From Patescibacteria group bacterium (GTDB lineage Bacteria > Patescibacteriota > Minisyncoccia > Phycocordibacterales > SBAW01), in assembly GCA_016176685.1 (NCBI GenBank), contig JACOWS010000004.1, positions 2,018 to 66,017 on the forward strand: a DNA stretch of 64,000 nt, written 5' to 3'. This document shows positions 18,261-27,421 of the stretch, piece after piece. The notes under the pieces are model-generated. The model saw only the letters and a list, made by a program, of their open reading frames with translations. It was not told where the DNA came from and made no database searches. Numbering within the stretch: position 1 is the stretch's first letter; each line of letters starts with the position of its first letter. The position numbers and the translations under genes are program-made.

Positions 18261-18590
18261 GTGAGTAAACATATGCAGACGTTTAGCGAGCGGGTGGTAA
18301 GAGCGGCGCTCTCTGTCCCCAAGGGCCGGGTTACTACCTATGGCCGCATCGCGCGCGCGGCCGGGGGCGGAGGGCAGGCCGCGCGCAGTGTCTCGGGCAT
18401 ATTGGGCAAAGCGTGGGAGCGGGGCGAGCGGCGCATCCCCTGGCACCGCCTGGTGTATGCAAACGGACACATCTGGGTTGATGCCCGCCACCGCAAAGAG
18501 CGCATGCGTTTATATAAAGAAGAGGGAATAGCGATAGACAAAAAAGACCGCGTCGTACATTTCCGCGACCTATTGTTCGAGTTTGAGTAG
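18261..18590 (+). CDS. Alkyltransferase-like (MGMT family, Atl-type) DNA-binding protein
   Basis: VPKGRVTTYGRIA; PWHR in place of catalytic PCHR. Confidence 0.88.
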   Translation: MSKHMQTFSERVVRAALSVPKGRVTTYGRIARAAGGGGQAARSVSGILGKAWERGERRIPWHRLVYANGHIWVDARHRKERMRLYKEEGIAIDKKDRVVHFRDLLFEFE

Positions 18591-18691
18591 ATTGACTATA
18601 AAAAATTTAGTGTCGTACTTTTGTTTCTTGCGTAAGGAGAACTTTTTGCGCGCGTCTACACAGTAGTTACCTAATAATAATCACTACTAGT

Positions 18692-20068
18692 ATGCATACG
18701 CGCACCCTTACACTCTCTAAAGCTCCACTTATTTTGTTTATCATCGGCGCGGCGGCCGTCGCTTTTTCCTTGGCGGTTATGCTCGTTCGTGCCGACACGG
18801 TTCCTACGGTGGAGACTGCCATACTCAACTCCAGTCATAGTACTACCACCACAGCCGCCATCGGCACCGTGGTTCACGACTATGTTTCGGTCGCCTCGAC
18901 CACCGGCCCCCTGCCCGAAGGGACGGTCAACTTTAACCTCTACGCCAACACACAGTGCAGTGGCAGCCCCGTGGTACAAAGTGCCGTACCGCTTATAAAC
19001 GGCATCGCCACGTCAAGCACCACCACCGTGCCGGCAACAGGGCTTTCGTACCTGGTTCACTACAACGGGCAGCAAGATGTATATACCGCGGTAGACGGCG
19101 CGTGCGAGCCGCTTATCCCAACCGCGCCAAATACTTCCATTACCACCGCGCTCTCTACCACCACATCAATTTGGGCGGGTGAAAGTGTTCACGACACGGC
19201 TGTGCTCCACAACACCACTGCCGCGGCAACCGGCACCGTTGCCTACTCTGTCTACACTAACAATACCTGCACCACGGGAGCCGTGAGTGCTGGCAGCAAA
19301 GTAGTGGCTAGTGCGATTGTGCCAAACTCCGACACACTCCAGTTCAACACGCCGGGCACCTACTGGTGGCAGGCAGTATATAGCGGCGACGAGTTCAATG
19401 CGGCGGCTACTTCCACCTGCTTGAGCGAAGCGCTGGTAGTGCTGGCAACCTCCACACCGCCAGCCCCCGCAGGCACCGGCTCGATAAGCGGGAAAAAGTA
19501 TAATGACTTGAACCACAATGGTATAAAGGATGCAGGCGAGCCGGGACTTACGGGCTGGACCATCAATCTCTACGGTACGGTCAAAGAACACGGCTGGAAT
19601 TGGTGGCGCGGTTTTAAGTGGGGTTTTTGGAAAAATAAAGAGGTGGTAGAAACCGCAGTGACCGATATTAACGGCGACTACTCCTTTAGCAACCTCACAG
19701 ACGGCACCTATACCGTGCGCGAGGTCCCGCAAAAGGGTTGGCGCCAGACAAGCACACCGCCCCCGCCGATAACCATAAAAAACAGCTCGTCTATAGCCAA
19801 TGTAGACTTCGGCAATGCAAGCACAACCTCTATCGGTTCCGACCGCAAGGATATACGAGAGGCAAGGGGGCAAAGAGACCAAGGCCGCGACCGTGGTAGA
19901 GATGTTGATAATGACGACGACGACAACGATACTGACGATGATGACGCAGACGGAAATGACCGCCACGGCAGAGGCCTCGGTACACAGATAAATACCAAAG
20001 TTCGAGAAATGAGTTCCACTATCCTCAACGACATGTTTTCCGGCAAGTTTTTTAAGCGCGACGACTAG
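18692..20068 (+). CDS. Secreted surface protein with two Ig-like repeats and an SdrD-B/Cna-B-like domain
   Basis: Signal/TM, two 'VHD..GTV..Y.N..C' repeats, ISGKKYNDLNHNG..D.GEPGL.GWTI, acidic tail. Confidence 0.8.
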   Translation: MHTRTLTLSKAPLILFIIGAAAVAFSLAVMLVRADTVPTVETAILNSSHSTTTTAAIGTVVHDYVSVASTTGPLPEGTVNFNLYANTQCSGSPVVQSAVPLINGIATSSTTTVPATGLSYLVHYNGQQDVYTAVDGACEPLIPTAPNTSITTALSTTTSIWAGESVHDTAVLHNTTAAATGTVAYSVYTNNTCTTGAVSAGSKVVASAIVPNSDTLQFNTPGTYWWQAVYSGDEFNAAATSTCLSEALVVLATSTPPAPAGTGSISGKKYNDLNHNGIKDAGEPGLTGWTINLYGTVKEHGWNWWRGFKWGFWKNKEVVETAVTDINGDYSFSNLTDGTYTVREVPQKGWRQTSTPPPPITIKNSSSIANVDFGNASTTSIGSDRKDIREARGQRDQGRDRGRDVDNDDDDNDTDDDDADGNDRHGRGLGTQINTKVREMSSTILNDMFSGKFFKRDD

Positions 20069-20156
20069 CCCTCCAATTGCATACTGCTGTTGTACGGAAG
20101 CGCTTTGTGGCGTATACTAACGCTACTGCTCGGGGTGCCCGGGCTTTTTTATTGCT

Positions 20157-21926
20157 ATGGAAATCCGCAACATCGCCATTATCGCGCACGTGGACCACGG
20201 TAAGACCACGCTCACCGACGCACTTTTGCGCCAAACCGGCGTCGCCAAAGAGGGCGTCTCTATGGACTCCGACTCGCTCGAGCAGGAGCGCGGCATCACC
20301 ATCTACTCCAAAAACGCATCGATACCCTACAAAGGGACCAAAATAAATATTGTCGACACTCCCGGGCACGCCGACTTTGGCAGCGAGGTTGAACGTGTTT
20401 TGCGCTCCATAGATTGCGTACTGTTGGTGGTAGACGCGCAGGAAGGGCCCATGCCGCAGACCCGCTTCGTGTTAAAAAAATCACTCGAGCTCGGGCTCAA
20501 GCCAATTGTGGTCATAAACAAAATAGACAAGCCCGCCGCCGACCCCGCACGGTGCGAAGAGCAGGTACTTGAGCTGTTTATGGAGCTGGGGGCCAGTGAT
20601 GAACAAATCAATTTTCCGGTCGTCTACACCATCGGCCGGCAGGGCATTGCCAAAAAAGACTTGGCCGACGACTCTACCGACCTAACTCCGCTTTTGGACA
20701 CGGTGCTTTCGCACGTGCCGCCGGCCTCATCAATCGAGCATGCGGGAAAACCACTGCGGCTCCAGCCCTTTAACCTTGCGTACGACACGTTTTTGGGTCG
20801 GCTGGCGGTGGCGCGCGTGTACGATGGCAGGGCCTTGGCAGGACAAAGTGTTTTTGTAAAAAACGCCGCAGGTGCCGCACGCTCGGGCAAAATTATCACA
20901 CTGTTTTCCTTTAAAGGGCTCGAGCGGGTTGAAAGCGGGCAGGCACAAGCGGGCGACATTGTGCTTGTGGCGGGGCTCCCTGACATAAACATAGGCGAGA
21001 CCGTATGTGCCGAGGAGTCGGCCGAGCCGCTGCCCGCTATTGCTGTAGATGAGCCGACCATCTCGCTCAACCTGATGCCCAACGCCTCGCCCTTTGCCGG
21101 CCGCGAGGGTAAGTTTGTCACCGGCCGCCAGTTGCGCCTGCGGCTCGAGCGCGAGCTTGAGGTCAACGTGGGGCTCAAGGTCGACTTCTCTTCCGCAGAC
21201 GCAATGCGCCTCTCCGGCCGCGGCGAACTGCACATCGCTATTTTGCTCGAGCACATGCGCCGCGAGGGGTACGAAATGCAGGTTTCCCAACCGCAGGTCG
21301 TCTTCCTCACAGCCGCCGGTGGTGAGCTTGTCGAACCATTTGAAGAGGTGATAATCGACATCCCGACAGAGTTTCAGGGCGCCATCATCGAGCGGCTCGG
21401 CAAACGCAAGGTAATTATGAAGGATATGAAGGTGCACAACGGCTCGGTGCGGCTTTTGTTCGAAGGGCCGACGCGCGGGCTCCTTGGCTATCGCAGCGCT
21501 TTTGTGCTCGACACCAAAGGCGAGGGTATTTTTTCTTCCCGTTTTGTCGAGTTTCGCCCCCATGCGGGTGAGTTGCAAAAGCGCGCCACGGGCTCGATGG
21601 TGTCGATGATAGCGGGCAAGGTGCTCGGCTACGCGCTGTGGAACCTGCAAGAGCGCGGGGTGCTCTACCTCGGCCCGGGCAGTGAGGTGTATGAGGGGCA
21701 GGTCATAGGCGACACTGCCAAGGGGGAAGATATGTACGTAAACCCCACCAAAGGCAAACAGCTCACCAACATGCGCGCTTCCGGCTCCGACGAAGCGATT
21801 AACCTCGTACCGCCCTACGAGCTTTCAATCGAGCGCGGGCTTGAAAGTATGAATGAGGACGAATATTTGGAAATCACTCCATCTTCTGTCCGCCTGCGCA
21901 AAAAAGAAATAGCCCGCAAGTTTTAA
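20157..21926 (+). CDS. typA: Translational GTPase TypA/BipA
   Basis: [42 protein letters not shown]. Confidence 0.97.
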   Translation: MEIRNIAIIAHVDHGKTTLTDALLRQTGVAKEGVSMDSDSLEQERGITIYSKNASIPYKGTKINIVDTPGHADFGSEVERVLRSIDCVLLVVDAQEGPMPQTRFVLKKSLELGLKPIVVINKIDKPAADPARCEEQVLELFMELGASDEQINFPVVYTIGRQGIAKKDLADDSTDLTPLLDTVLSHVPPASSIEHAGKPLRLQPFNLAYDTFLGRLAVARVYDGRALAGQSVFVKNAAGAARSGKIITLFSFKGLERVESGQAQAGDIVLVAGLPDINIGETVCAEESAEPLPAIAVDEPTISLNLMPNASPFAGREGKFVTGRQLRLRLERELEVNVGLKVDFSSADAMRLSGRGELHIAILLEHMRREGYEMQVSQPQVVFLTAAGGELVEPFEEVIIDIPTEFQGAIIERLGKRKVIMKDMKVHNGSVRLLFEGPTRGLLGYRSAFVLDTKGEGIFSSRFVEFRPHAGELQKRATGSMVSMIAGKVLGYALWNLQERGVLYLGPGSEVYEGQVIGDTAKGEDMYVNPTKGKQLTNMRASGSDEAINLVPPYELSIERGLESMNEDEYLEITPSSVRLRKKEIARKF

Positions 21927-21976
21927 AGTGTCGCAGTAAGAGAGCGTGCAACCGCTCGTCCTGTATACTAAGAGTT

Positions 21977-23116
21977 ATGCGACCCCTTTCTACCGGTATC
22001 GTGTTTGTTGCACTTTTCTTCCTGCCGCTTGGGGCGCATGCGGCGACGTTTGAAACGGGCGGGTGGATACCCTACTGGCGCTCGGCAACGGGCACGCAGG
22101 ATGTATTGCCGCACATCAATACGCTCACTACCGCGCATCCCTTTGGCTACACGGTTAAAAACGACGGCACACTGTACGATGCCCTGGGCATTGACGCGGA
22201 ACCGTGGACCACTTTTATACACACGGCAAAGCTAAATAAAACTCGGGTAATACCCTCGGTGATGTGGAGCGACGGCGCGGCAATGCATCGCATCCTTTCC
22301 AACACCACTACGCGCATCGCGCTTGAAGATGAGATAGCAAACTTGGTAAAGGAAAAAGGATTCGACGGCATCGACATCGACTTTGAGGGCAAATGGGCGG
22401 AAACAAAAGACTATTTTTCAACCTTCCTTAAGGGGCTCTATATGCGGATGGGCCCCAAGTGGGTCTACTGCACCATTGAGCCGCGTACGCCTATAAGCAG
22501 CCGCTATGAAGGCGCGCCGCCGCCAGGTACCGGCACCTATGCCAATGATTATGTACAAATAAATAAGTACTGCGATCGCGTGCAAATTATGGCATACGAC
22601 CAGGGCAGTATCGATGTCAAACTCAATGCCGCAAATGAGGGGCCCTATGTGCCCGTCGCCGACCCACTGTGGGTCGAAAAGGTGGTCAACCTTGCCGCCA
22701 AAGACATACCAAAACGCAAACTAATCCTCGGCATACCCACTTACGGTTACGAGTATCAGGTGACCCCGCTTTCTATAGAAGGATATAGCTACAAAATGCA
22801 ATGGGCGCTCAACCCCGAGTACGCGCTTGCCCTGGCCGGGCAGCTGGGGTTGGTTCCGCAACGCAACTCTGCCGGTGAGTTAAGTTTTACCTACCTCGCC
22901 ACCACCTCGCCGCTGTATACTTCTACTGCCGCCGCGGCCGGCCCGGCACTTGCCGCGCAAAACACCGGCGTCCTAAACATCGTGTGGTGGAGCGACGCTC
23001 TCTCGGTGATGGATAAGGTGACTTTGGCCAAAAAACTCGGCCTGCGCGGTGTCGCCGTGTTTAAGTTCGACGGCGGGGAAGACCAACGCATCTGGAATGT
23101 GCTCGATGCGTACTAA
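21977..23116 (+). CDS. Secreted glycoside hydrolase family 18 protein
   Basis: Signal peptide, FDGIDIDFE catalytic motif, IMAYD, LGIPTYG. Confidence 0.9.
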   Translation: MRPLSTGIVFVALFFLPLGAHAATFETGGWIPYWRSATGTQDVLPHINTLTTAHPFGYTVKNDGTLYDALGIDAEPWTTFIHTAKLNKTRVIPSVMWSDGAAMHRILSNTTTRIALEDEIANLVKEKGFDGIDIDFEGKWAETKDYFSTFLKGLYMRMGPKWVYCTIEPRTPISSRYEGAPPPGTGTYANDYVQINKYCDRVQIMAYDQGSIDVKLNAANEGPYVPVADPLWVEKVVNLAAKDIPKRKLILGIPTYGYEYQVTPLSIEGYSYKMQWALNPEYALALAGQLGLVPQRNSAGELSFTYLATTSPLYTSTAAAAGPALAAQNTGVLNIVWWSDALSVMDKVTLAKKLGLRGVAVFKFDGGEDQRIWNVLDAY

Positions 23117-23168
23117 TTGCCGTGCTATACTCCTGTGCATAGTTACCAGATAAAATAATTACCACTGT

Positions 23169-23675
23169 ATGAAAAATACAATTATTGCGGTGCTGGTGGT
23201 GGTGGTAGCGGCGGGCGCATGGTGGTACTACTACGGGACATCTCCCGCTCTGGCCCCCTCAATCGACACCGCCACGGTAGATGGTTCCCAAGGCGGAAAT
23301 AGCGCCATGCCGGTACCAGGGAGCAGTGGTGTTACCGAAAAAGAGGTTATAAATGTAGACGTTTCCATGGCCGCACAGGTAGCACTCACCGCAAACGGCT
23401 TTTCTCCGCAGACGGTAACGATTAAAAAAGGAGGCGCCGTTACCTTTGTGAATGAAAGTGGAAGCGGTATGTGGGTTGCAAGCGCACAGCACCCTACACA
23501 CACGGCGTATGCAGGCACGTCGCTCGGGGAGCATTGCGATGACGCGGTCGACGTGTCTTTCGACCAGTGTAACATTGGCGATACGTACTCCTTTGACTTC
23601 GACAAGACGGGGAGCTTTAAGTACCACAACCACGCAAACTCAAGCCAGTTTGGCACCGTGGTAGTTGTCGAGTAA
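23169..23675 (+). CDS. Cupredoxin-like membrane-anchored protein
   Basis: GFSPQTVTIKKG..VTFVN, HPTH, F.K.G.FKYHNH. Confidence 0.8.
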   Translation: MKNTIIAVLVVVVAAGAWWYYYGTSPALAPSIDTATVDGSQGGNSAMPVPGSSGVTEKEVINVDVSMAAQVALTANGFSPQTVTIKKGGAVTFVNESGSGMWVASAQHPTHTAYAGTSLGEHCDDAVDVSFDQCNIGDTYSFDFDKTGSFKYHNHANSSQFGTVVVVE

Positions 23676-23679
23676 CTCT

Positions 23680-24075
23680 ATGGTTAAGAGAGCGCGAGCC
23701 ACGTACCTCTTGATGCGGCTTGGCGCGGCTTTTGCCTTGCTATACCCGGCACTTGATGCGTGGTTTGAACCATATACCTGGGCCGGATACCTGCCAAGTT
23801 TTGCGCGTGGGTATGTGCCGGACACCGCACTACTCAACCTCTTTGGCGTTGTAGAAATAACGCTCGCGCTTTGGATACTCTCCGGGATAAAGATATTCTG
23901 GCCTTCAATCGTGGCTACAGGACTGCTCATTTCTATTGTAGTTTTTAACCCGCACGAGTTTTCGGTGCTCTTTCGAGACCTCTCTATAGCGTCGCTCACC
24001 TTTGCCTTGGCGCTTATGCAAGCGCAAAAAACCAGCACACCTACCGAAAGTTTAGAATTTAAGAAACAGCTGTAG
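23680..24075 (+). CDS. DoxX-like membrane protein
   Basis: R.G.AF, P..W..YLP, GVVE, FRD motifs. Confidence 0.7.
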   Translation: MVKRARATYLLMRLGAAFALLYPALDAWFEPYTWAGYLPSFARGYVPDTALLNLFGVVEITLALWILSGIKIFWPSIVATGLLISIVVFNPHEFSVLFRDLSIASLTFALALMQAQKTSTPTESLEFKKQL

Positions 24076-25182
24076 CGCGGATATAACAGATGCCCCCAGG
24101 TTGCTAGTGGTGGCGGGTTTTAAGTTCTCGCGCTCTTTCGTCTGGAAGAAAGGGTTTTGTCCAGGGAGCACTTTTTTTGGCAATTGCGGTTGGAATCCGG
24201 CGTTCTCCGGCTTGCCTTGGTGCATGATGGAAGGGGGTGGTATTTGGCGTGTAGTACTCCCCATCATATTGGGGCGCAATGGTAATGCGCGCTTTGGGAA
24301 ATCGGGAAGCATCGGTTGCACCGGGCGCACTTTGGTAGTGGTACCCACGCCACCCAAGTTGTGTTCTTGTGCAAAGGCCCGACATTCGCCTTGGTGCTCC
24401 GGGTTTGCACAGTACTCGCGGCACGCAGCGATTCCCTGGCATCCTCCGGGGCCTTCCATGGTACGCAAGTTTTCTTCGCGGTCCGCTCTTTCTTTCGTGA
24501 TAAGACCGTTTTTAAGCGCAAAAGCCACGCATTCCTCGCGGTTTTCTTCTTTAGCGCAGTATACTTTGCACTCCTCGCCGCGGCAGTCGCCCGGGCCGAG
24601 CTTGCCCACCAGAGCGCGGGCATGTTCGGCCTCCTTGGCACTCATGAGATCATAGTCTTTGGCAAATTGTACGCACTCTTCGTGGTTTTCCTCTGCACTG
24701 CAGTAGGTTTTGCACTCGCCTTGGGTGGTACACCCGCCCGGACCCGTCGTTTCGCGCAATATTCGGACTATCTTACTTTGGTTTTCGTTTTGACGGTGTT
24801 GCTCTGCCGCGGGCGGGGGTCGAAGCCCGTTTTCCAAGGCAAAAGCCACGCATTCCTTGCGATGCTCTGCCTGTGCGCAGTAATTTTGGCACTCGCTTTT
24901 GGTGGCACAGCCGCCAGGCCCCTCGCCATTCTGCACCTTTTTTACAAAGGAGCGCGCCGCAGCTATCTCGTCTTTTTGCATGAGATTGTGCTCTTCGGCA
25001 AAGGCGATACATGCGTCGCGATTATCCGGCTGGTCGCAATACGTTTTGCACTCCGCTTTTGAAGTACAGCCGCCTAGCTCTGCAATGGGAAATATGACCG
25101 TGCCTTCTTGCGCAAACACCACGCCGGCAAACAGGAAAACTCCTGCCGTAACGCCAAAAAGGCCAACATATTTTTTTGTCAT
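24052..25182 (-). CDS. Secreted Cys-rich repeat protein (5 x four-Cys repeat)
   Basis: GPGGC-x4/5-C-xx-YC-x8-C-xx-FA repeated five times after a signal peptide. Confidence 0.85.
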   Translation of the reverse strand: MTKKYVGLFGVTAGVFLFAGVVFAQEGTVIFPIAELGGCTSKAECKTYCDQPDNRDACIAFAEEHNLMQKDEIAAARSFVKKVQNGEGPGGCATKSECQNYCAQAEHRKECVAFALENGLRPPPAAEQHRQNENQSKIVRILRETTGPGGCTTQGECKTYCSAEENHEECVQFAKDYDLMSAKEAEHARALVGKLGPGDCRGEECKVYCAKEENREECVAFALKNGLITKERADREENLRTMEGPGGCQGIAACREYCANPEHQGECRAFAQEHNLGGVGTTTKVRPVQPMLPDFPKRALPLRPNMMGSTTRQIPPPSIMHQGKPENAGFQPQLPKKVLPGQNPFFQTKERENLKPATTSNLGASVISALQLFLKF

Positions 25183-25183
25183 A

Positions 25184-25483
25184 TTACTCAAAAGGGTTAA
25201 TCTTTACATCTTGGAGCGGGTTGGTCTCTACCTCTGCGTAGGGGTTGGCTTGCTCTGCGGCAGCTGCATCTTGTGCCGCCAATGCCTGCTCTGCCGCCGC
25301 CTGCGCGCTCGCCTCCGCAACTCCCTGTGATTTGCCGTACACATAGCCGCTGCCTGCACCGAGCACCAGCCCAAGAAGTAGCGAGCCTATGGCTATAGCG
25401 GCGCCAGAGCCGCCCATGCTTGGCGTGCTAGGTGCCGCCACTGGCGCGGCAGTAAGTGTGGTATTGGTGGTTGGTTGTTCCAT
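25184..25483 (-). CDS. Hypothetical single-TM protein
   Basis: TM then NPY..VETNPL..VKINPFE tail; co-oriented with Cys-repeat gene. Confidence 0.7.
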   Translation of the reverse strand: MEQPTTNTTLTAAPVAAPSTPSMGGSGAAIAIGSLLLGLVLGAGSGYVYGKSQGVAEASAQAAAEQALAAQDAAAAEQANPYAEVETNPLQDVKINPFE

Positions 25484-25629
25484 ATAATAATGCATTGCTT
25501 TAACGTAATAAATCTACTGTTCTTACAGTATAAGGGGTATATATGCGCGCGGCCGCGTTTGTGTTGATAACGATAGAAAAGCGCCACGCATTTGATGCGC
25601 GGCGCTCCTTAACCGTGTTGCTAGTTGTC

Positions 25630-25896
25630 CTAGGCAGTCAAATCCGGGTTCAGCACCCAGTCCACCAAGTCTTTTACCGTTTCGAGGTCGGCCACCACCT
25701 GGGATGCGATTTCTTTTGCTTCCTCGAACCCAAACCCATAGTGCATACCCATGCCCTCGAGGTATGCAGAGTAACGTTTGCGGTCCTCCTCGTTTTTCGT
25801 GAAGACCAGTCCAAGGCAGTACCGGCGATACTGCTGTCTGGCGCTTTCGGACGATGCCGGTTTTACGCCTCTGATGATTATGTCGACACTTGGCAT
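25630..25896 (-). CDS. Hypothetical protein
   Basis: SD-like AAGGAG upstream; hairpin terminator at ~25577-25606 downstream. Confidence 0.5.
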   Translation of the reverse strand: MPSVDIIIRGVKPASSESARQQYRRYCLGLVFTKNEEDRKRYSAYLEGMGMHYGFGFEEAKEIASQVVADLETVKDLVDWVLNPDLTA

Positions 25897-25986
25897 GGCC
25901 AGCTCCTTCTCTGTTGATATTTGTTCACTATAACAACCGTTCCGCACTGTAGCAAAAAAATATGGTGTTTGCTAGGCTGGAGAAGT

Positions 25987-26211
25987 ATGAAGATTTCTGT
26001 TCGGGTTACCACCCGCGCAAAAAGAGAAGGGGTCGAGACGCTAGCCGGCGGTCGGCTTCATGTGTCGGTAAAAGCAAAAGCAGAGGGCGGTGCGGCAAAC
26101 GCCCGCGCGCTGGGGTTGGTGGCGGGGTATTTTAAAATCTCTCCTAAAAAAATCCACATTATCCGCGGCCACAAAACCCCCGCCAAAATTTTAGAAGTAG
26201 GGAGCAGGTAA
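25987..26211 (+). CDS. DUF167 (YggU) family protein
   Basis: V.V.A.A..G.AN, IIRGH...K. Confidence 0.85.
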   Translation: MKISVRVTTRAKREGVETLAGGRLHVSVKAKAEGGAANARALGLVAGYFKISPKKIHIIRGHKTPAKILEVGSR

Positions 26212-26257
26212 AATACGGTGCCTTGAAAAACGGTGGAATGTGTGATAGAGTGTAGGC

Positions 26258-26494
26258 GTGCAGACTAAGAAAAACAGCCAAGACGAAGCTAATTTTATAC
26301 CCAAACAGCTCTACGCTTTCGTCCAATACTACAACCAAAACATACCCGCGTCTTTTCCGCGGGCCTCCGCCAAGATTTTGCAAAAGTTTAAGGAAACGCA
26401 TGAAGAACTTTTTAAAGATGGCGGCGAGTGGACGGTAGACAAACATCGCAAAAAACTGATGGACTGGATCACCTCCAATCGCGAGATGCTATAA
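26258..26494 (+). CDS. Conserved hypothetical protein
   Basis: YYN..IP.SFP.AS...W..DKHRKKLMDW; extended -10 immediately upstream. Confidence 0.65.
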   Translation: MQTKKNSQDEANFIPKQLYAFVQYYNQNIPASFPRASAKILQKFKETHEELFKDGGEWTVDKHRKKLMDWITSNREML

Positions 26495-26504
26495 TTTTTT
26501 TATT

Positions 26505-27005
26505 ATGACTCTGCGTGCGCGAGGGTACAGTGTAATACTTGTTATATTGGCGGCGGCGTTTGTAGCGGTGCTTGGTATTGTTGCCTGGCAGCAAGGAGGG
26601 CTCGGCACCATTGCTTTCCCCGCCGTGCCGACCGTGCCAGAAGAAACTCCTACGCCAACCGATGATACCAGCGGGAGTATCGCGCCTTATCAAAGCGGAG
26701 TGCGCGGCGTGGTGTTGCTCGGACCCACGTGCCCGGTAGCGCAAAACCCTCCTCAGCCGGGGTGTGATGATCGCCCTTATGCAACAGCGGTGAAAATCTC
26801 CCGCGCCGGCGACCCCGCGCATGCTTTTGCACAAACGGAGAGCACCGAAACTGGCGAGTTTGAAGTGGCGCTGCCGCCGGGCGACTACCTGGTCATCGCG
26901 GGCCCGGGTACTGTCTCTTTGCCGCGCTGTACTACACAGCCGGTTACCGTGCCGGCGTATGGCTATGTTGGCGTCGCCATTAATTGCGACAGCGGCATCC
27001 GCTAG
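26505..27005 (+). CDS. Membrane-anchored beta-sandwich protein
   Basis: TM, GPTCPV, LPPGDY, LPRC, CDSGIR. Confidence 0.75.
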   Translation: MTLRARGYSVILVILAAAFVAVLGIVAWQQGGLGTIAFPAVPTVPEETPTPTDDTSGSIAPYQSGVRGVVLLGPTCPVAQNPPQPGCDDRPYATAVKISRAGDPAHAFAQTESTETGEFEVALPPGDYLVIAGPGTVSLPRCTTQPVTVPAYGYVGVAINCDSGIR

Positions 27006-27048
27006 CAGGGTCGTGGTTTCTTCGGTGTGCGTGGGGTATACTGGGCCG

Positions 27049-27384
27049 ATGCATCGAAATACCTTAGACAAAGATGCAGAGGAGATTACCCTTGCGGAAT
27101 TGCAGGTGCTTTTGTCGCAGTTGCGCACGCAACTTTCCATAGTGCGCACCGGGGTAGGGGCGCTCCTTGGCGCACTTTCCCTCACTTTTTTAATACTGGC
27201 GAATCAATGGACCTTCAAGGGCGACTGGGCTTGGCTTAACATGCTGTTTTACGTAATGCTTGGAGTATTAGTGTTTCTGGGATTGTGGCGGATGGCGGTT
27301 GCCGAGCGCAAACTGGTTGCTATAAACAAAATAATTCACAATATAGAGCGCAAAGATAAACACATTGAAGAACTCATTGTCTAA
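27049..27384 (+). CDS. Hypothetical 2-TM protein (DUF202-like)
   Basis: L...RT.LS.VRTG pattern, two TM. Confidence 0.65.
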   Translation: MHRNTLDKDAEEITLAELQVLLSQLRTQLSIVRTGVGALLGALSLTFLILANQWTFKGDWAWLNMLFYVMLGVLVFLGLWRMAVAERKLVAINKIIHNIERKDKHIEELIV

Positions 27385-27421
27385 GTTCTTCGACCTAGGA
27401 TTTTGATGTACTATCAATAGG

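Noticed and set aside
24052-25182. Multiheme cytochrome interpretation of the Cys-rich protein
   Set aside because: No CxxCH motifs.
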